Positions 15,842-26,249 are shown, counted from the stretch's first letter. The stretch is 64,000 bases of DNA from Gemmatimonadales bacterium (GCA_947499465.1 CANMOI010000004.1:14023-78022), one strand, 5' to 3'. Translations and numbers: made by a program. Notes: a model not told the origin generated them from the letters alone.

Positions 15842-17196
15842 TGGTCGTTGATTTCAACCTGATGCTTTCGCCCGGCGTGGCGGACGGCGTGGATCCCGCC
15901 AGGCTCACGGGTCCGCTCGCCGCGCGTTTCGCCGACGCCTATCGCGCCGTCGAGGCGCGCAGGGAGAAGGGCGAGATCGGATTCTTCGATCTGCCGTGGA
16001 CCTCCGAGACGACCCGCCACGTGCAGGAGGTGGCGGACTCGTTCGGGCAGTGGTTCGAGAACGTCGTGCTGCTGGGCATCGGAGGGAGCGGCCTCGGCGC
16101 GGTCACGCTGCGCGACGCGCTGCTCGCGCCGCACTGGAACGAGCGCGACACCGAAGGGCGCGACTACTTCCCGCGGCTCTACGTGCTCGACAATCCCGAT
16201 CCCGCGACGGTCGGCCCCCTGCTCGACCGCCTGGATCTCAGGAAGACGCTGTTCAACGTGGTCAGCAAGTCGGGCTCGACCGCCGAGACGATGGCGCTCT
16301 ATCTCGTCATCCGGGAGCGTCTCGCCGTGTTGGTGGGCGAGGAAAAGGTGCGCGGACACTTCATCTTCACGACCGATCCCGAGAAGGGCGCGCTCCGCCA
16401 CATCGCGGACGCGGAGAAGATCCCGACGCTGTCGGTGCCGCCCAACGTCGGCGGCCGGTTCTCGGTGCTGACCCCGGTGGGACTCTGGCCCGCTGCCGTG
16501 ACCGGAGTGGACATCGCCGCGCTGCTCGCGGGCGCGGGTGCCATGGAGGAGCGCTGCCGCACCGACAAGCTGCTCGAGAACCCCGCGGGAGTCCTCGCGA
16601 CGCTGCTCCATCACGCGACGACGGAAGACGGCAAGCCGATCCACGTGCTCATGCCGTACAGCGACCGGCTGCGCTCGTTCGCGCTCTGGTTCCAGCAGCT
16701 CTGGGCGGAGTCGCTCGGCAAGGCGGGCACGGGTCCCACGCCCCTCCCGGCCGTCGGGGCGACCGATCAGCACTCGCAGGTCCAGCTCTTCATGGAGGGC
16801 CCGCGCGACAAGGTCGTGATCTTCCTCGCGGTGAAGGTCGACGGCGATCCGGTCGCGATCCCGGCGCTCCACCCCGAGATCGTCGAGCTGGGCTATCTGG
16901 GCGGCCACACCCTGGCCGAGCTGCTCGACTCGGAGCGGCGGGCCACGGCCGAGGCGCTCCGGCAGGCCGGTCGGCCCAGCATCACGATCGAGCTGGAAAA
17001 GGTGGACGCCGCCACGCTCGGGGCCCTCTTCATGCTGTTCCAGATCGCCACCGTGTATGCCGGGGCCCTGGCCGGGGTCGATCCCTTGGACCAGCCGGGG
17101 GTGGAGCTGGGGAAGCGCCTGACCTACGGGCTCCTGGGCCGGGAGGGGTTCTCGCCCCCCTCGTTCGGGCACGCCGATCCCCGCTGGCGGGTATAG
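15841..17196 (+). CDS. pgi: glucose-6-phosphate isomerase (short SIS-type)
   Basis: LLGIGGSGLGA...FNVVSKSGSTAETMA...GGRFSVLT. The ATG overlaps the preceding TGA by 1 nt. Confidence 0.85.
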   Translation: MVVDFNLMLSPGVADGVDPARLTGPLAARFADAYRAVEARREKGEIGFFDLPWTSETTRHVQEVADSFGQWFENVVLLGIGGSGLGAVTLRDALLAPHWNERDTEGRDYFPRLYVLDNPDPATVGPLLDRLDLRKTLFNVVSKSGSTAETMALYLVIRERLAVLVGEEKVRGHFIFTTDPEKGALRHIADAEKIPTLSVPPNVGGRFSVLTPVGLWPAAVTGVDIAALLAGAGAMEERCRTDKLLENPAGVLATLLHHATTEDGKPIHVLMPYSDRLRSFALWFQQLWAESLGKAGTGPTPLPAVGATDQHSQVQLFMEGPRDKVVIFLAVKVDGDPVAIPALHPEIVELGYLGGHTLAELLDSERRATAEALRQAGRPSITIELEKVDAATLGALFMLFQIATVYAGALAGVDPLDQPGVELGKRLTYGLLGREGFSPPSFGHADPRWRV

Positions 17197-17268
17197 CAAT
17201 TGCACGCTCCGCTCCCCAGCGGACACATTGAGGTGTGGGAATCGAGCCGCGAGCCAGGAGATCGGACT

Positions 17269-17700
17269 ATGCGGGACCGGGATGAGGATCAGCCGTACAT
17301 CGTGATCGAGCGGGAGAAGGGCAGCAACGTAGGTGCGTTCTTGCTGGGCGCCCTGGTGGGTGCCGGCATCGCCCTCCTGTTCGCTCCGATGAGCGGCGAG
17401 GAGACGCAGGAGGAGATCAAGAAGCGCGCGCGGAAGCTCCTCCAGCAGGCCGAGGAGCGCGTGCGTGCCGCGCAGCACGAGCTCGAGAGCCGTCTCGACC
17501 AGGCCCGCGCGGGCGTGCAGAGTCGCGTGGATGGAGTGAAGGGCGCGGTCGAGTCCGGCCGTCAGGCCGCGCACGACGCGCGCGCCGATCTCGAGCAGCG
17601 CCTCGAGCAGTCCAAGGCGGCTTACCGTGCGGGCATCGACGCCGCGCGCGGGGCTCCTCGTGCGCCGGGCTCGCCCGGGGCCTCGGAGCCGGGCGCCTGA
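17269..17700 (+). CDS. YtxH-domain protein
   Basis: The ATG at 17269 follows CAGGAG. Sequence GAFLLGALVGAGIALLFAPMSGEETQEEIKK, then a long helical region. Confidence 0.7.
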   Translation: MRDRDEDQPYIVIEREKGSNVGAFLLGALVGAGIALLFAPMSGEETQEEIKKRARKLLQQAEERVRAAQHELESRLDQARAGVQSRVDGVKGAVESGRQAAHDARADLEQRLEQSKAAYRAGIDAARGAPRAPGSPGASEPGA

Positions 17701-17754
17701 CCCCTCCGTCCGAGGTGACCCCTTCACGACGGGCCGAGCACCGAGACGAGTGAC

Positions 17755-18732
17755 ATGGAGCGGACGGGCGACGAGGCCCGTCCGCTTCCTGTTTCAGCGC
17801 CCCCTCGCGCCGCGCCGCTGCCGCCACCCACCCGTGGCCAGCGGGTCCGCTGGTTCTTGAAGCGCGTGTACGACAAGGCCGGGGACGACAATATCTTCTT
17901 CCTCGCCGGCGCGATCGCGTTCAACCTGCTCGTCGCGATCATCCCCCTGCTCCTCTTCTCGGTTGGCGTCGCGGGCATCTTCCTCGCCGCGCGCTTCGGC
18001 GACCCCACCACCGTGGTCGTCAACCTCCTGCTCGATTACCTCCCGGTGGTCGGCGGCAACGTCAACCTCGTGCAGACCGTGCGCGATGCGATCGACGGCG
18101 TGGTGGAAGGCCGCACGGGCTTCACCACGGTCGGCGCCGTCCTGCTCATCTGGTTCTCGACCCGTCTGGTCGGCACGCTGCGCACGGTGCTCCAGGAAGT
18201 GTTCGACGTCGCCCAGGACCGCGGCATCGTCGGCGGGAAGATCTTCGACGCCAAAGTGGTGATCATCGGCGGCGCGCTGATCCTCGTGAACCTGGGGATC
18301 ACCACCGAGATGGAGTCGGCCAAGGACCTGGGCATGCTGGCGCTGGGCACGAGGGGGGTGAGCGGCCAGGCGCTCTCGATCCTCCAGGTCGTGTGGCGGT
18401 TCGCCATATCCTATGGCACCGCCTGGGTCCTCTTCCTGGGGTTGTATCGCTACCTGCCCGCGCGCTGGATCCCCTGGAAGACTGCCATTGTGGCGGCGAG
18501 CTTCACGGCGACGCTGTTCGAGGTCCTCAAGTATGCGTTCAGCTGGTACGTGACCCGGGTGGCGGACTACGGCTCCACGTACGGGAATCTGATCACGATC
18601 GCGATCCTGTTTTTCCGGATCTATTACGGCTCGATCGTGTTTGTCTTGGGGGGGGAGGTCGCCCAGGTCTGGACCATGCGGCGGGCCCTCCGGAGCACGC
18701 GGGCAGGTACCCTGTTCAAGGATGCGGTGTGA
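17755..18732 (+). CDS. YihY/BrkB-family membrane protein
   Basis: FFLAGAIAFNLLVAIIPLLLF...YGSTYGNLITIAILFFRIYYGSIVFVLGGE. Confidence 0.8.
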   Translation: MERTGDEARPLPVSAPPRAAPLPPPTRGQRVRWFLKRVYDKAGDDNIFFLAGAIAFNLLVAIIPLLLFSVGVAGIFLAARFGDPTTVVVNLLLDYLPVVGGNVNLVQTVRDAIDGVVEGRTGFTTVGAVLLIWFSTRLVGTLRTVLQEVFDVAQDRGIVGGKIFDAKVVIIGGALILVNLGITTEMESAKDLGMLALGTRGVSGQALSILQVVWRFAISYGTAWVLFLGLYRYLPARWIPWKTAIVAASFTATLFEVLKYAFSWYVTRVADYGSTYGNLITIAILFFRIYYGSIVFVLGGEVAQVWTMRRALRSTRAGTLFKDAV

Positions 18733-19352
18733 GAAGGATCTCGATCGTCGGAGCGGTGGCCCTCGCGGCCGCGCTGGGAACCCCCGTTTCGGGGGCCGCC
18801 CAGGCGTTTCGCGAGTCCGTCGCGGACGAGGCGCTCCTCTTCCAGGACCGCATCATCGAGGGGGCGCCCAATCTGGACGGCCCGCTCGTCAGTTCGGCCG
18901 AGCGGTACGTCGTGGTCCACCTGGCAGAGAACCGCGTGTTCGTCTTCGAGGGCGACCAGGCCATCTGGTCCGCCCCCGCCGGCACCGGCACGGGCTTCCA
19001 GCTGGTCAACGGCGACCACGGGTGGAAGTTCTCCACGCCGCGCGGGATGATGCGCATCCGCCGCATGGAGAAGGATCCGCTCTGGGAGGCGCCCGACTGG
19101 CACTACGTCGAGAAGGGTCTCACGCCCCCGGCCGCGAACGATCCCTCCCGGACGATGGCGGGGATCATGGGCACGACCGCGATCTATCTGGGCGACGGGA
19201 TCGCGATCCACGGCACGAACACGCCGGCGCTCCTGATGAATCCGGATCCCGACGCGCGCCGCGTATCCCACGGGTGCATCCGGCTCACCAACGAGAACGC
19301 GCGTGAGCTGATGCACATGGTGGAAGTGGGCACCCCGGTGCTCATCTACTGA
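18729..19352 (+). CDS. L,D-transpeptidase (YkuD domain)
   Basis: A GTG at 18729 overlaps the yihY stop (GTGA). Signal peptide present. Catalytic motif IAIHGTN...RVSHGCIRL. Confidence 0.8.
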   Translation: MRRISIVGAVALAAALGTPVSGAAQAFRESVADEALLFQDRIIEGAPNLDGPLVSSAERYVVVHLAENRVFVFEGDQAIWSAPAGTGTGFQLVNGDHGWKFSTPRGMMRIRRMEKDPLWEAPDWHYVEKGLTPPAANDPSRTMAGIMGTTAIYLGDGIAIHGTNTPALLMNPDPDARRVSHGCIRLTNENARELMHMVEVGTPVLIY

Positions 19353-19454
19353 TGAAACGGGCGCGGATCTCCGCACCGGTCGCTTCGACTCTCCCGTCCC
19401 TACCACTCTCGTTCTTCATCACCCCTCGCCGGGGTGATGGGTTACCTTAGCGCC

Positions 19455-19919
19455 ATGGCGGAGACCGATGGAAAGAAGATCGTCGCCTCCAACCGAAAGG
19501 CGCGGCACGACTACGAGATCCTGGCGACCTGGGAGGCCGGTATCGTGCTCAAGGGTCCCGAGGTGAAGTCGCTGCGCGCCGGGAAGGTGGGCTTCCAGGA
19601 CGCCTTCGCGAGCGTGCGGGGCGCGGAGCTCTGGCTGCACAACCTCCACATCTCCCCCTACGAGCAGGCCAACCGGTACAACGAGGATCCGCTCCGCGTC
19701 AGGAAGCTCCTGCTCGCGAAGAACGAGATCCGGAAGCTGATCGGGAAGGTCGAGGAGAAGGGGCTGACGCTGGTGCCGCTCGAGCTGCACTTCCGGCGCG
19801 GCTACGCGAAGATCGTGATCGGCCTCGCGCGCGGGCGGAAGCTGCACGACAAGCGCGAGAAGCTGAAGGAGCGCGCGCAGGCGATGGACACGCGGCGCGC
19901 CATCGCGGGGAACGAATGA
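19455..19919 (+). CDS. smpB: SsrA-binding protein
   Basis: KKIVASNRKARHDYEILATWEAGIVLKGPEVKSLR...RKLLLAKNEI. The ATG at 19455 is preferred over the track start at 19434, which sits inside a 9-bp hairpin. Confidence 0.9.
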   Translation: MAETDGKKIVASNRKARHDYEILATWEAGIVLKGPEVKSLRAGKVGFQDAFASVRGAELWLHNLHISPYEQANRYNEDPLRVRKLLLAKNEIRKLIGKVEEKGLTLVPLELHFRRGYAKIVIGLARGRKLHDKREKLKERAQAMDTRRAIAGNE

Positions 19920-21199
19920 GGACGCGCGGCCTGGTTGTCGTGCTCATCCTCGCGCTCCCGGGCGTGGCCGTGGCGCAGCAGCCGACTCGGCTCGCGATCG
20001 TGGGGCCGGCCGGAGCCGCCGTGCAGCCGCTCCCGGTCGAATTCCACCGCGGCTACGCGGCGGTGCAGCTGATCGGCTTCGAGCGGATCGGCTGGACCGT
20101 GACCTCGTCCGCGCGCGGCGAGTCCGCTCGGATCGGGGGGGACACGATCCTCGTGCGCGCGGGCAGCCCGTTCTTCCGGTGGGGCGCGCAGCTGCTCCAG
20201 CTGACCGGGGAGCCTTACCGCATCGCCGACGAAGTCTGGGTGCCGGTTCAGCTCGTGTCGGACTTCCTGCCCGCGCATCTGCCCGAGGTCTATACATTTC
20301 GACCGGACGGATTCGTCCTCGAGACGCGCGTGGTGGCGCTGTCGGTCCCCAGGCCGCTTCCGGAGGCTTCGCGACCGGCGGTGTCGCGCGCACAGGCGCA
20401 GCCGCCGAGGCCGACCACGCGCCCCTCCACGGCTGCCGCGACGTCCGCCCCTCCCGCGCCCGCGGCCACTGGCCCGGCCTCCAAGCGCGTGGTGGTGATC
20501 GATCCCGGCCACGGCGGCGACGATTCGGGCGCGCGCGGCCCCGGCGGCGTGCGCGAGAAGGATGTCGCGCTCCAGATCGGCCTCGCGCTCGCTCGCGAGC
20601 TCGAGAAGCGGCCCGACCTCGAGGTGCATCTTACCCGCTCGGAGGACCGGCTGGTTCCGCTCTGGGAGCGCGGCGAGCGGGCGACCGAGATCAAGGGCGA
20701 GCGGACCGGGATCTTCATCTCGCTCCACCTCAACGCGGGCTCGGCGCTCGACGCGCGCGGCTTCGAGACGTATTTCCTCTCCGAGGCGCGCACCGAGCAC
20801 GAGCGGCGGGTGGCCGCGCTCGAGAACGAAGCGTTCAACCTCGGGCCGAGCGAGAGCGGGACGCGGGATCAAGCGCTCAACGGCATCCTGAAGGAGCTGA
20901 GCAACCTGGATCACCAGCATTGGTCGGCGGAGCTCGCGGAGATGGTCCAGCAGGATCTGGCGCCGATCCACCCCGGCCCCAACCGGGGCGTGAAGCAGGG
21001 CCCGCTCGCGGTGATCACCAACGCGCTCATGCCCGCGGTGCTGGTCGAGATCGGCTTCATCTCCAACGCCAACGAGGCGCGGCTCCTGAGCACCTCGGAC
21101 TTCCAGGCGGCCACCGCCCGCGCGCTCGCCAAATCGGTCGATCGCTTCTTCGAGCACTATCCGCCCGGCTCGTCCGGCGCGCCGGTGTCCACGCGATGA
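19916..21199 (+). CDS. N-acetylmuramoyl-L-alanine amidase (Amidase_3) with N-terminal AMIN-like region
   Basis: Signal peptide present. VVVIDPGHGGDDSGA...ISLHLNAG...GVKQGPLAVI...VLVEIGFISN. Confidence 0.85.
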   Translation: MRTRGLVVVLILALPGVAVAQQPTRLAIVGPAGAAVQPLPVEFHRGYAAVQLIGFERIGWTVTSSARGESARIGGDTILVRAGSPFFRWGAQLLQLTGEPYRIADEVWVPVQLVSDFLPAHLPEVYTFRPDGFVLETRVVALSVPRPLPEASRPAVSRAQAQPPRPTTRPSTAAATSAPPAPAATGPASKRVVVIDPGHGGDDSGARGPGGVREKDVALQIGLALARELEKRPDLEVHLTRSEDRLVPLWERGERATEIKGERTGIFISLHLNAGSALDARGFETYFLSEARTEHERRVAALENEAFNLGPSESGTRDQALNGILKELSNLDHQHWSAELAEMVQQDLAPIHPGPNRGVKQGPLAVITNALMPAVLVEIGFISNANEARLLSTSDFQAATARALAKSVDRFFEHYPPGSSGAPVSTR

Positions 21200-22158
21200 A
21201 GCTCTCCGTCGAGCGCTGGGGGGTGACCTTCCAGAACCCCGTCTTCCTGGCCGCCGGCACGTGCGGCTTCGGCGAAGAGGTCTCCGAGGTCGTTGATCTC
21301 GAGGCGCTCGGGGGCATCGTCACCAAGTCGGTCACGGTCGAGCCGCGCAAGGGGAATCCCGCGCCGCGCGTCGCCGAGATCGGCCCCTCGATGATCAACT
21401 CGATCGGGCTCGCCAATCCGGGCCTCGCGCGCGTGCGCGCCGCGGAGCTGCCCTGGATCCGCGACAACCTGTACAACGCGAAAGTGTTCGTGAGCGTCGC
21501 GGGCCGCTCCGCTCGCGACTATCTGACCGTGGTGGAGGGGCTCGACGGCGAGGACGGGTTCGTCGGGTTCGAGCTCAACCTCTCGTGCCCGAACGACCTG
21601 AACCTCGAGCGCCCATTCGCCCTGGACCCGAACGCGGTCGCCGAGGTGGTGGGCGGCGTGCGCCGGCGCACGCAGCGGCCGGTGCTCGTGAAGCTCGCCC
21701 CGAACGATCCCGATCTGGCCACGACCGTGAAGAGCGCCGAGAACGCGGGCGCCGACGGGATCACGCTCGTGAACACGCTCCCGGGGATGGCGCTCGACTC
21801 CGGCCGTCGGCGCCCCGTGCTCGGCGCGGGGCAGGGTGGGATCAGCGGCCCGGGCCTGCGCGGGATGGGCTTGCTCGCGGTCGCGACCGCCCGCAAGGCG
21901 ACCACGCTGCCGCTCGTCGGGGTGGGCGGGATCGGCTCGGCCAACGACGTGCTCGAGTACCTGCTCGCCGGCGCTTCGCTGGTGCAGGTCGGGACCGCTT
22001 CGTTCGCCGATCCGCGGACCGGCGAGCGGATCGTACGCGACCTCGCGAAATGGGGCCCCGGCCGGAAGATCGGATCGGTGGAGGACTTGGTAGGGGCGGG
22101 GGTGCCTCGTCCCGCGCTGTCTCCTTCGGCCGCGGCCCCCGCCGCCGCGCACCGCTGA
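21196..22158 (+). CDS. pyrD: dihydroorotate dehydrogenase catalytic subunit (class 1)
   Basis: The ATG at 21196 forms an ATGA overlap. FQNPVFLAAGTCGFGEE...GFELNLSCPN...GGISGPGL...VGVGGI. Confidence 0.85.
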   Translation: MKLSVERWGVTFQNPVFLAAGTCGFGEEVSEVVDLEALGGIVTKSVTVEPRKGNPAPRVAEIGPSMINSIGLANPGLARVRAAELPWIRDNLYNAKVFVSVAGRSARDYLTVVEGLDGEDGFVGFELNLSCPNDLNLERPFALDPNAVAEVVGGVRRRTQRPVLVKLAPNDPDLATTVKSAENAGADGITLVNTLPGMALDSGRRRPVLGAGQGGISGPGLRGMGLLAVATARKATTLPLVGVGGIGSANDVLEYLLAGASLVQVGTASFADPRTGERIVRDLAKWGPGRKIGSVEDLVGAGVPRPALSPSAAAPAAAHR

Positions 22159-22868
22159 TGGCCGCTCCGGAGCTCATCGTCGCGCTGGACTTCGCCTCCC
22201 GGGCGGACGCCCTGTCCATGGTGGATCGCCTGGGGGACGCTGCGGGGTACTACAAGGTCGGGCTCGAGCTCTACACGCGGGAAGGCGCCGCGGTGGTGAA
22301 GGAGCTGCGCAAGCGGAAGAAGAGGATCTTCCTCGACCTGAAGCTCCACGACATCCCGAATACGGTGGCTGGTGCGGTGAACGCCGCGACCGACGCCGGC
22401 GTAGACATGCTCACGGTCCACATCGCGGGGGGACGCAAGATGATGGAGGCGGCGGCCAAGGTGGCGGGCGATCAGCTCGCGCTGCTCGGCGTGACCGTGC
22501 TCACGTCGCTGTCGCCCACCGACATCGAGAGCGTGTGGGGCCGCCCGATCTCGTCCCTGCGCGAGGACGTGGTGCGGCTCGCCACGCTCGCCCAGGAGAG
22601 CGGCCTGCGCGGCGTGGTCGCGTCTCCCGAGGAGGCCGAAGCGGTGCGCCGGCGGCTCGGGAAGGAGCTGTACGTGGTGACGCCCGGCATCCGCCTGCCC
22701 GGCACCGCGACGCACGACCAGGCGCGCGTGGCCACGCCCGCCCAGGCGGCGCGCGCGGGCGCGAGCCATCTCGTGATCGGCCGCGCCGTGACGCAGGCGG
22801 CGGACCCCGTGGTCGCGCTCGACAAGATCAAGAAGTCGCTCGAGCCGACCGCGAAGGCCAAGGCATGA
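22158..22868 (+). CDS. pyrF: orotidine 5'-phosphate decarboxylase
   Basis: LIVALDF...YYKVGLEL...IFLDLKLHDIPNTV...LVIGRAV. Confidence 0.9.
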   Translation: MAAPELIVALDFASRADALSMVDRLGDAAGYYKVGLELYTREGAAVVKELRKRKKRIFLDLKLHDIPNTVAGAVNAATDAGVDMLTVHIAGGRKMMEAAAKVAGDQLALLGVTVLTSLSPTDIESVWGRPISSLREDVVRLATLAQESGLRGVVASPEEAEAVRRRLGKELYVVTPGIRLPGTATHDQARVATPAQAARAGASHLVIGRAVTQAADPVVALDKIKKSLEPTAKAKA

Positions 22869-23287
22869 AGACGCTGCGTGCGACCGTTCTGCTCCTGGTG
22901 GTCCTCGCGGCAAACGTGACGGCCCAGCAGACGTCGCTCAGCGGCGTCGTGGGCTCGGCGGCCGGAGCCTGGAGCCAGAAGGATGCGGACGGCCTCTCCC
23001 GCATGCTCTCGGACCGCGGCGTCGCGCTCTACCTGTTCGACGAGAGCCATCCGGCGGCCGGAGTGCGGCAGGCTCGTGCGGCGCTCTCCGACGTGCTGGA
23101 CCGGGGCGGCCGGGCGCGCGTCTCCAAGGTCGAGGAGCTGGGGGGCGATCCGCAGCGCGGGATGGCGGAGCTCAGCTGGGACGTCACCGCCCCAGGCTCG
23201 CCAGCGGCATCCCGTTTCGTGATCTTCCTCGGCTTCGTCCTCGAGGACGGAGGTTGGAGGATCGGCGAAATCCGGGTGCTCCGCTGA
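22865..23287 (+). CDS. secreted hypothetical protein (140 aa)
   Basis: ATGA overlap with pyrF. Signal peptide MKTLRATVLLLVVLAANVTAQQ. No family assigned with confidence. Confidence 0.5.
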   Translation: MKTLRATVLLLVVLAANVTAQQTSLSGVVGSAAGAWSQKDADGLSRMLSDRGVALYLFDESHPAAGVRQARAALSDVLDRGGRARVSKVEELGGDPQRGMAELSWDVTAPGSPAASRFVIFLGFVLEDGGWRIGEIRVLR

Positions 23288-23288
23288 C

Positions 23289-24731
23289 ATGACGCTCAAG
23301 CTCTACAACACACTCAGCCGCTCGCTGGAGCCGTTCGAGCCCCTGAGCCCGCCGCACGTGCGGGTCTACGGCTGCGGCCCCACCGTCTACGACTTCCCGC
23401 ACATCGGGAATTACCGGACGTTCCTCGTCTACGATCTGCTCCACCGGTACCTCGAGTGGAGCGGCTATCAGGTCAAGTTCGTGGTGAACCTGACCGATGT
23501 GGACGACCGCACGATCGAGGCGGCGGGCAAGCGCGGCGTGCCGCTCCGCGAGCACACCAAGCCCTACGCCGACGCCTTCCTGGCCGACGGCCGCACTCTC
23601 GGAATCCTGCCCGCCGACGTGCACCCGCTCGCGACCGAGTACGTCGAGCGCATGGTGACGTTCGTCGGCAAGCTGGTGGAGAAGGGTCTCGCGTACCGCG
23701 CCGAGGACGGCTCGGTGTACTTCTCGATCGCCGCGTTCCCGACGTACGGAAAGCTCTCCCGGGTCGATCCCGAGGCGCTGCGCGCGGGGGTCCGCGTCGC
23801 GGTGGACGACTACGGGAAGGACGACGTGCGCGACTTCGCGCTCTGGAAGGCCGCCAAGCCCGCGGACGAAACCGCCGGGGCCGCGTGGGATTCGCCGTGG
23901 GGGCGGGGACGCCCCGGGTGGCACCTCGAGTGCTCCGTGATGAGCATCGCCGAGCTGGGCGAGACGCTCGACATCCACGTCGGGGGCGAGGACCTGATCT
24001 TCCCGCACCACGAGGACGAGATCGCGCAGTCCGAGGGCGTTACCGGCAAGCCGTTCGTGCGCTACTGGATGCACGCCAAGCACCTGCTGGTGGACGGCAG
24101 GAAGATGTCCAAGTCGCTGGGCAACTTCATCGTCGTGCGCGAGCTGCTCGAGGCCGGCCACGAGCCCGCGGCGATCCGGCACCAGCTCCTGTCGGCGCAG
24201 TACAGGAGCGAGCTCAACTTCACGATGGAGGGGCTCGAGGCTTCCGGCCGTGCGGTGCAGCGGCTGCTCGACTTCGAGGCGCGCATCGAGGAGGGCGCCA
24301 CCGCCGCGACCGCCGCTCCGGCCGGCCTGCCTGAGATCGCGGCCACCGCGGTGGCCGCATTCCGCGCCGCGCTCGACGAAGACCTGAACACCTCGGACGC
24401 GCTCGCCGCGCTGTTCGTGCTGGTGGGGCAGGGGAACGCCGCGCTCGACCGCGCCGGCGCCGTGCTCCCCGCCGAGCGGGACGCTCTCAGGGACGCATTG
24501 GCCTCGATCGATCGAGTGCTCGGCCTGATCGAGGTCGCGCGGACGTCGCGCGCGCTCGACGCCGGGACGATCGCCTGGGTGGACGGCATGATTGGGCAGC
24601 GCAGGACCGCCCGCGGCGCGCGCGACTTTGCCCGTGCCGACGCGATCCGGAAGGAGCTCGCCGAGCGCGGCATCGTGCTTGAGGACTCGGCGCAGGGCAC
24701 GCGCTGGAAGGTCGTCCGAAAGGTGGAGTAA
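23289..24731 (+). CDS. cysS: cysteine--tRNA ligase
   Basis: YGCGPTVYDFPHIGNYR (HIGH region) and KMSKSLGN. Confidence 0.95.
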   Translation: MTLKLYNTLSRSLEPFEPLSPPHVRVYGCGPTVYDFPHIGNYRTFLVYDLLHRYLEWSGYQVKFVVNLTDVDDRTIEAAGKRGVPLREHTKPYADAFLADGRTLGILPADVHPLATEYVERMVTFVGKLVEKGLAYRAEDGSVYFSIAAFPTYGKLSRVDPEALRAGVRVAVDDYGKDDVRDFALWKAAKPADETAGAAWDSPWGRGRPGWHLECSVMSIAELGETLDIHVGGEDLIFPHHEDEIAQSEGVTGKPFVRYWMHAKHLLVDGRKMSKSLGNFIVVRELLEAGHEPAAIRHQLLSAQYRSELNFTMEGLEASGRAVQRLLDFEARIEEGATAATAAPAGLPEIAATAVAAFRAALDEDLNTSDALAALFVLVGQGNAALDRAGAVLPAERDALRDALASIDRVLGLIEVARTSRALDAGTIAWVDGMIGQRRTARGARDFARADAIRKELAERGIVLEDSAQGTRWKVVRKVE

Positions 24732-24775
24732 AAAAATCGAGGCCGCGCCCCGTGAGGAGCGCGGCCTCGATGCTT
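24730..24775. terminator. bidirectional intrinsic terminator between convergent cysS and the MBL gene
   Basis: An A7 run, then TCGAGGCCGCGC - 10 nt - GCGCGGCCTCGA. The U-run is strong for the minus-strand transcript. Confidence 0.65.
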
Positions 24776-24788
24776 ACCGGTACGGGGG

Positions 24789-26249
24789 TCAGTTGTCTGC
24801 GTTCGTCTTGCCGGTCACCCTGCGCAGCTCGTCCATCGTGATCGTCCGACCGTCCGCGGGATAGTGGACGGGGATGATCCGCGCCACGTCGAGCTTCAGG
24901 CGCTCGATGTTCTCGAGGAGCGCCAGGTTGTACTCGCTCGGTGGGCTGGGCGGAGTCGCGGTCGGGCCCTGCGGATTGAAGCCGTCGGCCTGGTACAGGA
25001 TCTTCTCCGCCGGGAAGTACGCCATGACCATTCCGGGGTGATGGAGGAACTGGCTCATGTGGTAGAGCTCGATCGTGTGGCCGTTCCCGGTGATCACCTT
25101 CTTCTCGGACATCGCCTCGATCTTGAGCGGCTTGCCCGCCTTCTGCTGCGCGTCCGGATTGAGCGTGTGCGGCCGGTTGAGGATCTGCTCGAGATAGGCG
25201 CGGTTCCCCTCGTGCGTCAGGATCGTGGCCCCCTCGGCCATGAACGCCCGCAGGCCGCTCGAGTGGTCGAAGTGGGGGTGCGTGTTGAGCACCGTCCGGA
25301 TCGGCTTACCGGGCATCAGCTTCTTGGCCTCGGCGATCACCGCGAGCGCGCGCGCCTCGCTGTTGCCGGGCTCGAGGAAGAAGATGTGATCGCCCATGTC
25401 GATCGCCATCACCGCATACCCGCTGTTGAACAGGTACACGCCCGGGGAGACCACTTCGTGGGGGGTCGCCGGAGCGGTCGCACCGCCACCGCCACCACCA
25501 CCGCCGCCCTGGGGGGCCGCCGCGCTCGTGACCGCCGGGTTGATCTTCACTTCGCTCAACGTCAGGTCGAAGATCGGGTAGCCGCCCTGATTCTGGACGA
25601 TGCGCATCGGGAACGAAACGCCGTCCACCGTCTTGAAGTCGCTGTAGAGTGCCTCGAACGGCGTGTCGCCCAGCACCGGGTGGTCGATCATCGTCTCGAC
25701 CCGCTCGACCTGGTTCTGGGCGCTGATGTAGCCCGTCACCTTGGCCTTGTTGTCACCCATGAACGACACGACCTGGTAGCGCTTGCCCTCGACCATCTTA
25801 CTGGGCTCGAGGGTCGCGTTGCGCGCCGCGGCAGCGCGCAGGAAGCCCTGCGGCATCATGTAGATCTCGAGCTGCTGCGCCCACGGCGTGTTGGCGGCCA
25901 CGATGATCGTCTGCGCGTTCGGCTGCTCGCCGCGGATCGGCTGGTTGCCGCCGCCCCTTGGCGGGTTCTCGCCCTGGAGCCGGACCCGGTTCACCTGCGA
26001 GGAGGGAACCGCGAAGTCGATCGAGCGCGTGTAGGTCTTGTTGATGAACTTGGGCCACGGGCCGCCCGGCTCCGGCGACTGTCCGAGCGCATAGTCGAAC
26101 CCGGTCGCCGAGTAGGTGACGGTCTTCAGGGTCTCGACCCCCATGGCCTGGGATGCCGAGGCGAGGACGGACTTGGCGTCCTGAGCCTGGGCGTTGGTCG
26201 TGACCAGTGCTGCGAGCACCGCGACGAGCACCAGCGTCTTCTTCAACAT
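24789..26249 (-). CDS. secreted MBL-fold metallo-hydrolase with N-terminal domain and Gly8 linker
   Basis: Signal peptide MLKKTLVLVAVLAALVTTNAQA. C-terminal half carries NTHPHFDHSSG. Confidence 0.75.
   Translation of the reverse strand: MLKKTLVLVAVLAALVTTNAQAQDAKSVLASASQAMGVETLKTVTYSATGFDYALGQSPEPGGPWPKFINKTYTRSIDFAVPSSQVNRVRLQGENPPRGGGNQPIRGEQPNAQTIIVAANTPWAQQLEIYMMPQGFLRAAAARNATLEPSKMVEGKRYQVVSFMGDNKAKVTGYISAQNQVERVETMIDHPVLGDTPFEALYSDFKTVDGVSFPMRIVQNQGGYPIFDLTLSEVKINPAVTSAAAPQGGGGGGGGGATAPATPHEVVSPGVYLFNSGYAVMAIDMGDHIFFLEPGNSEARALAVIAEAKKLMPGKPIRTVLNTHPHFDHSSGLRAFMAEGATILTHEGNRAYLEQILNRPHTLNPDAQQKAGKPLKIEAMSEKKVITGNGHTIELYHMSQFLHHPGMVMAYFPAEKILYQADGFNPQGPTATPPSPPSEYNLALLENIERLKLDVARIIPVHYPADGRTITMDELRRVTGKTNADN

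Noticed and set aside
15766-17727. 653-aa minus-strand ORF, with similar ones at 6020..7624, 8128..9585, 13452..15029 and 26377..27918
   Set aside because: Each overlaps, in antisense, a gene with clear family motifs (pgi, rocD, pntAA, pyk, katG). These are high-GC shadow ORFs.
25478-25512. GGN repeat (ccgccaccgccaccaccaccgccgcc) as a tandem repeat or CRISPR-like element
   Set aside because: It is in frame within the secreted MBL protein and encodes a Gly8 interdomain linker. There is no spacer-repeat organisation anywhere in the window.
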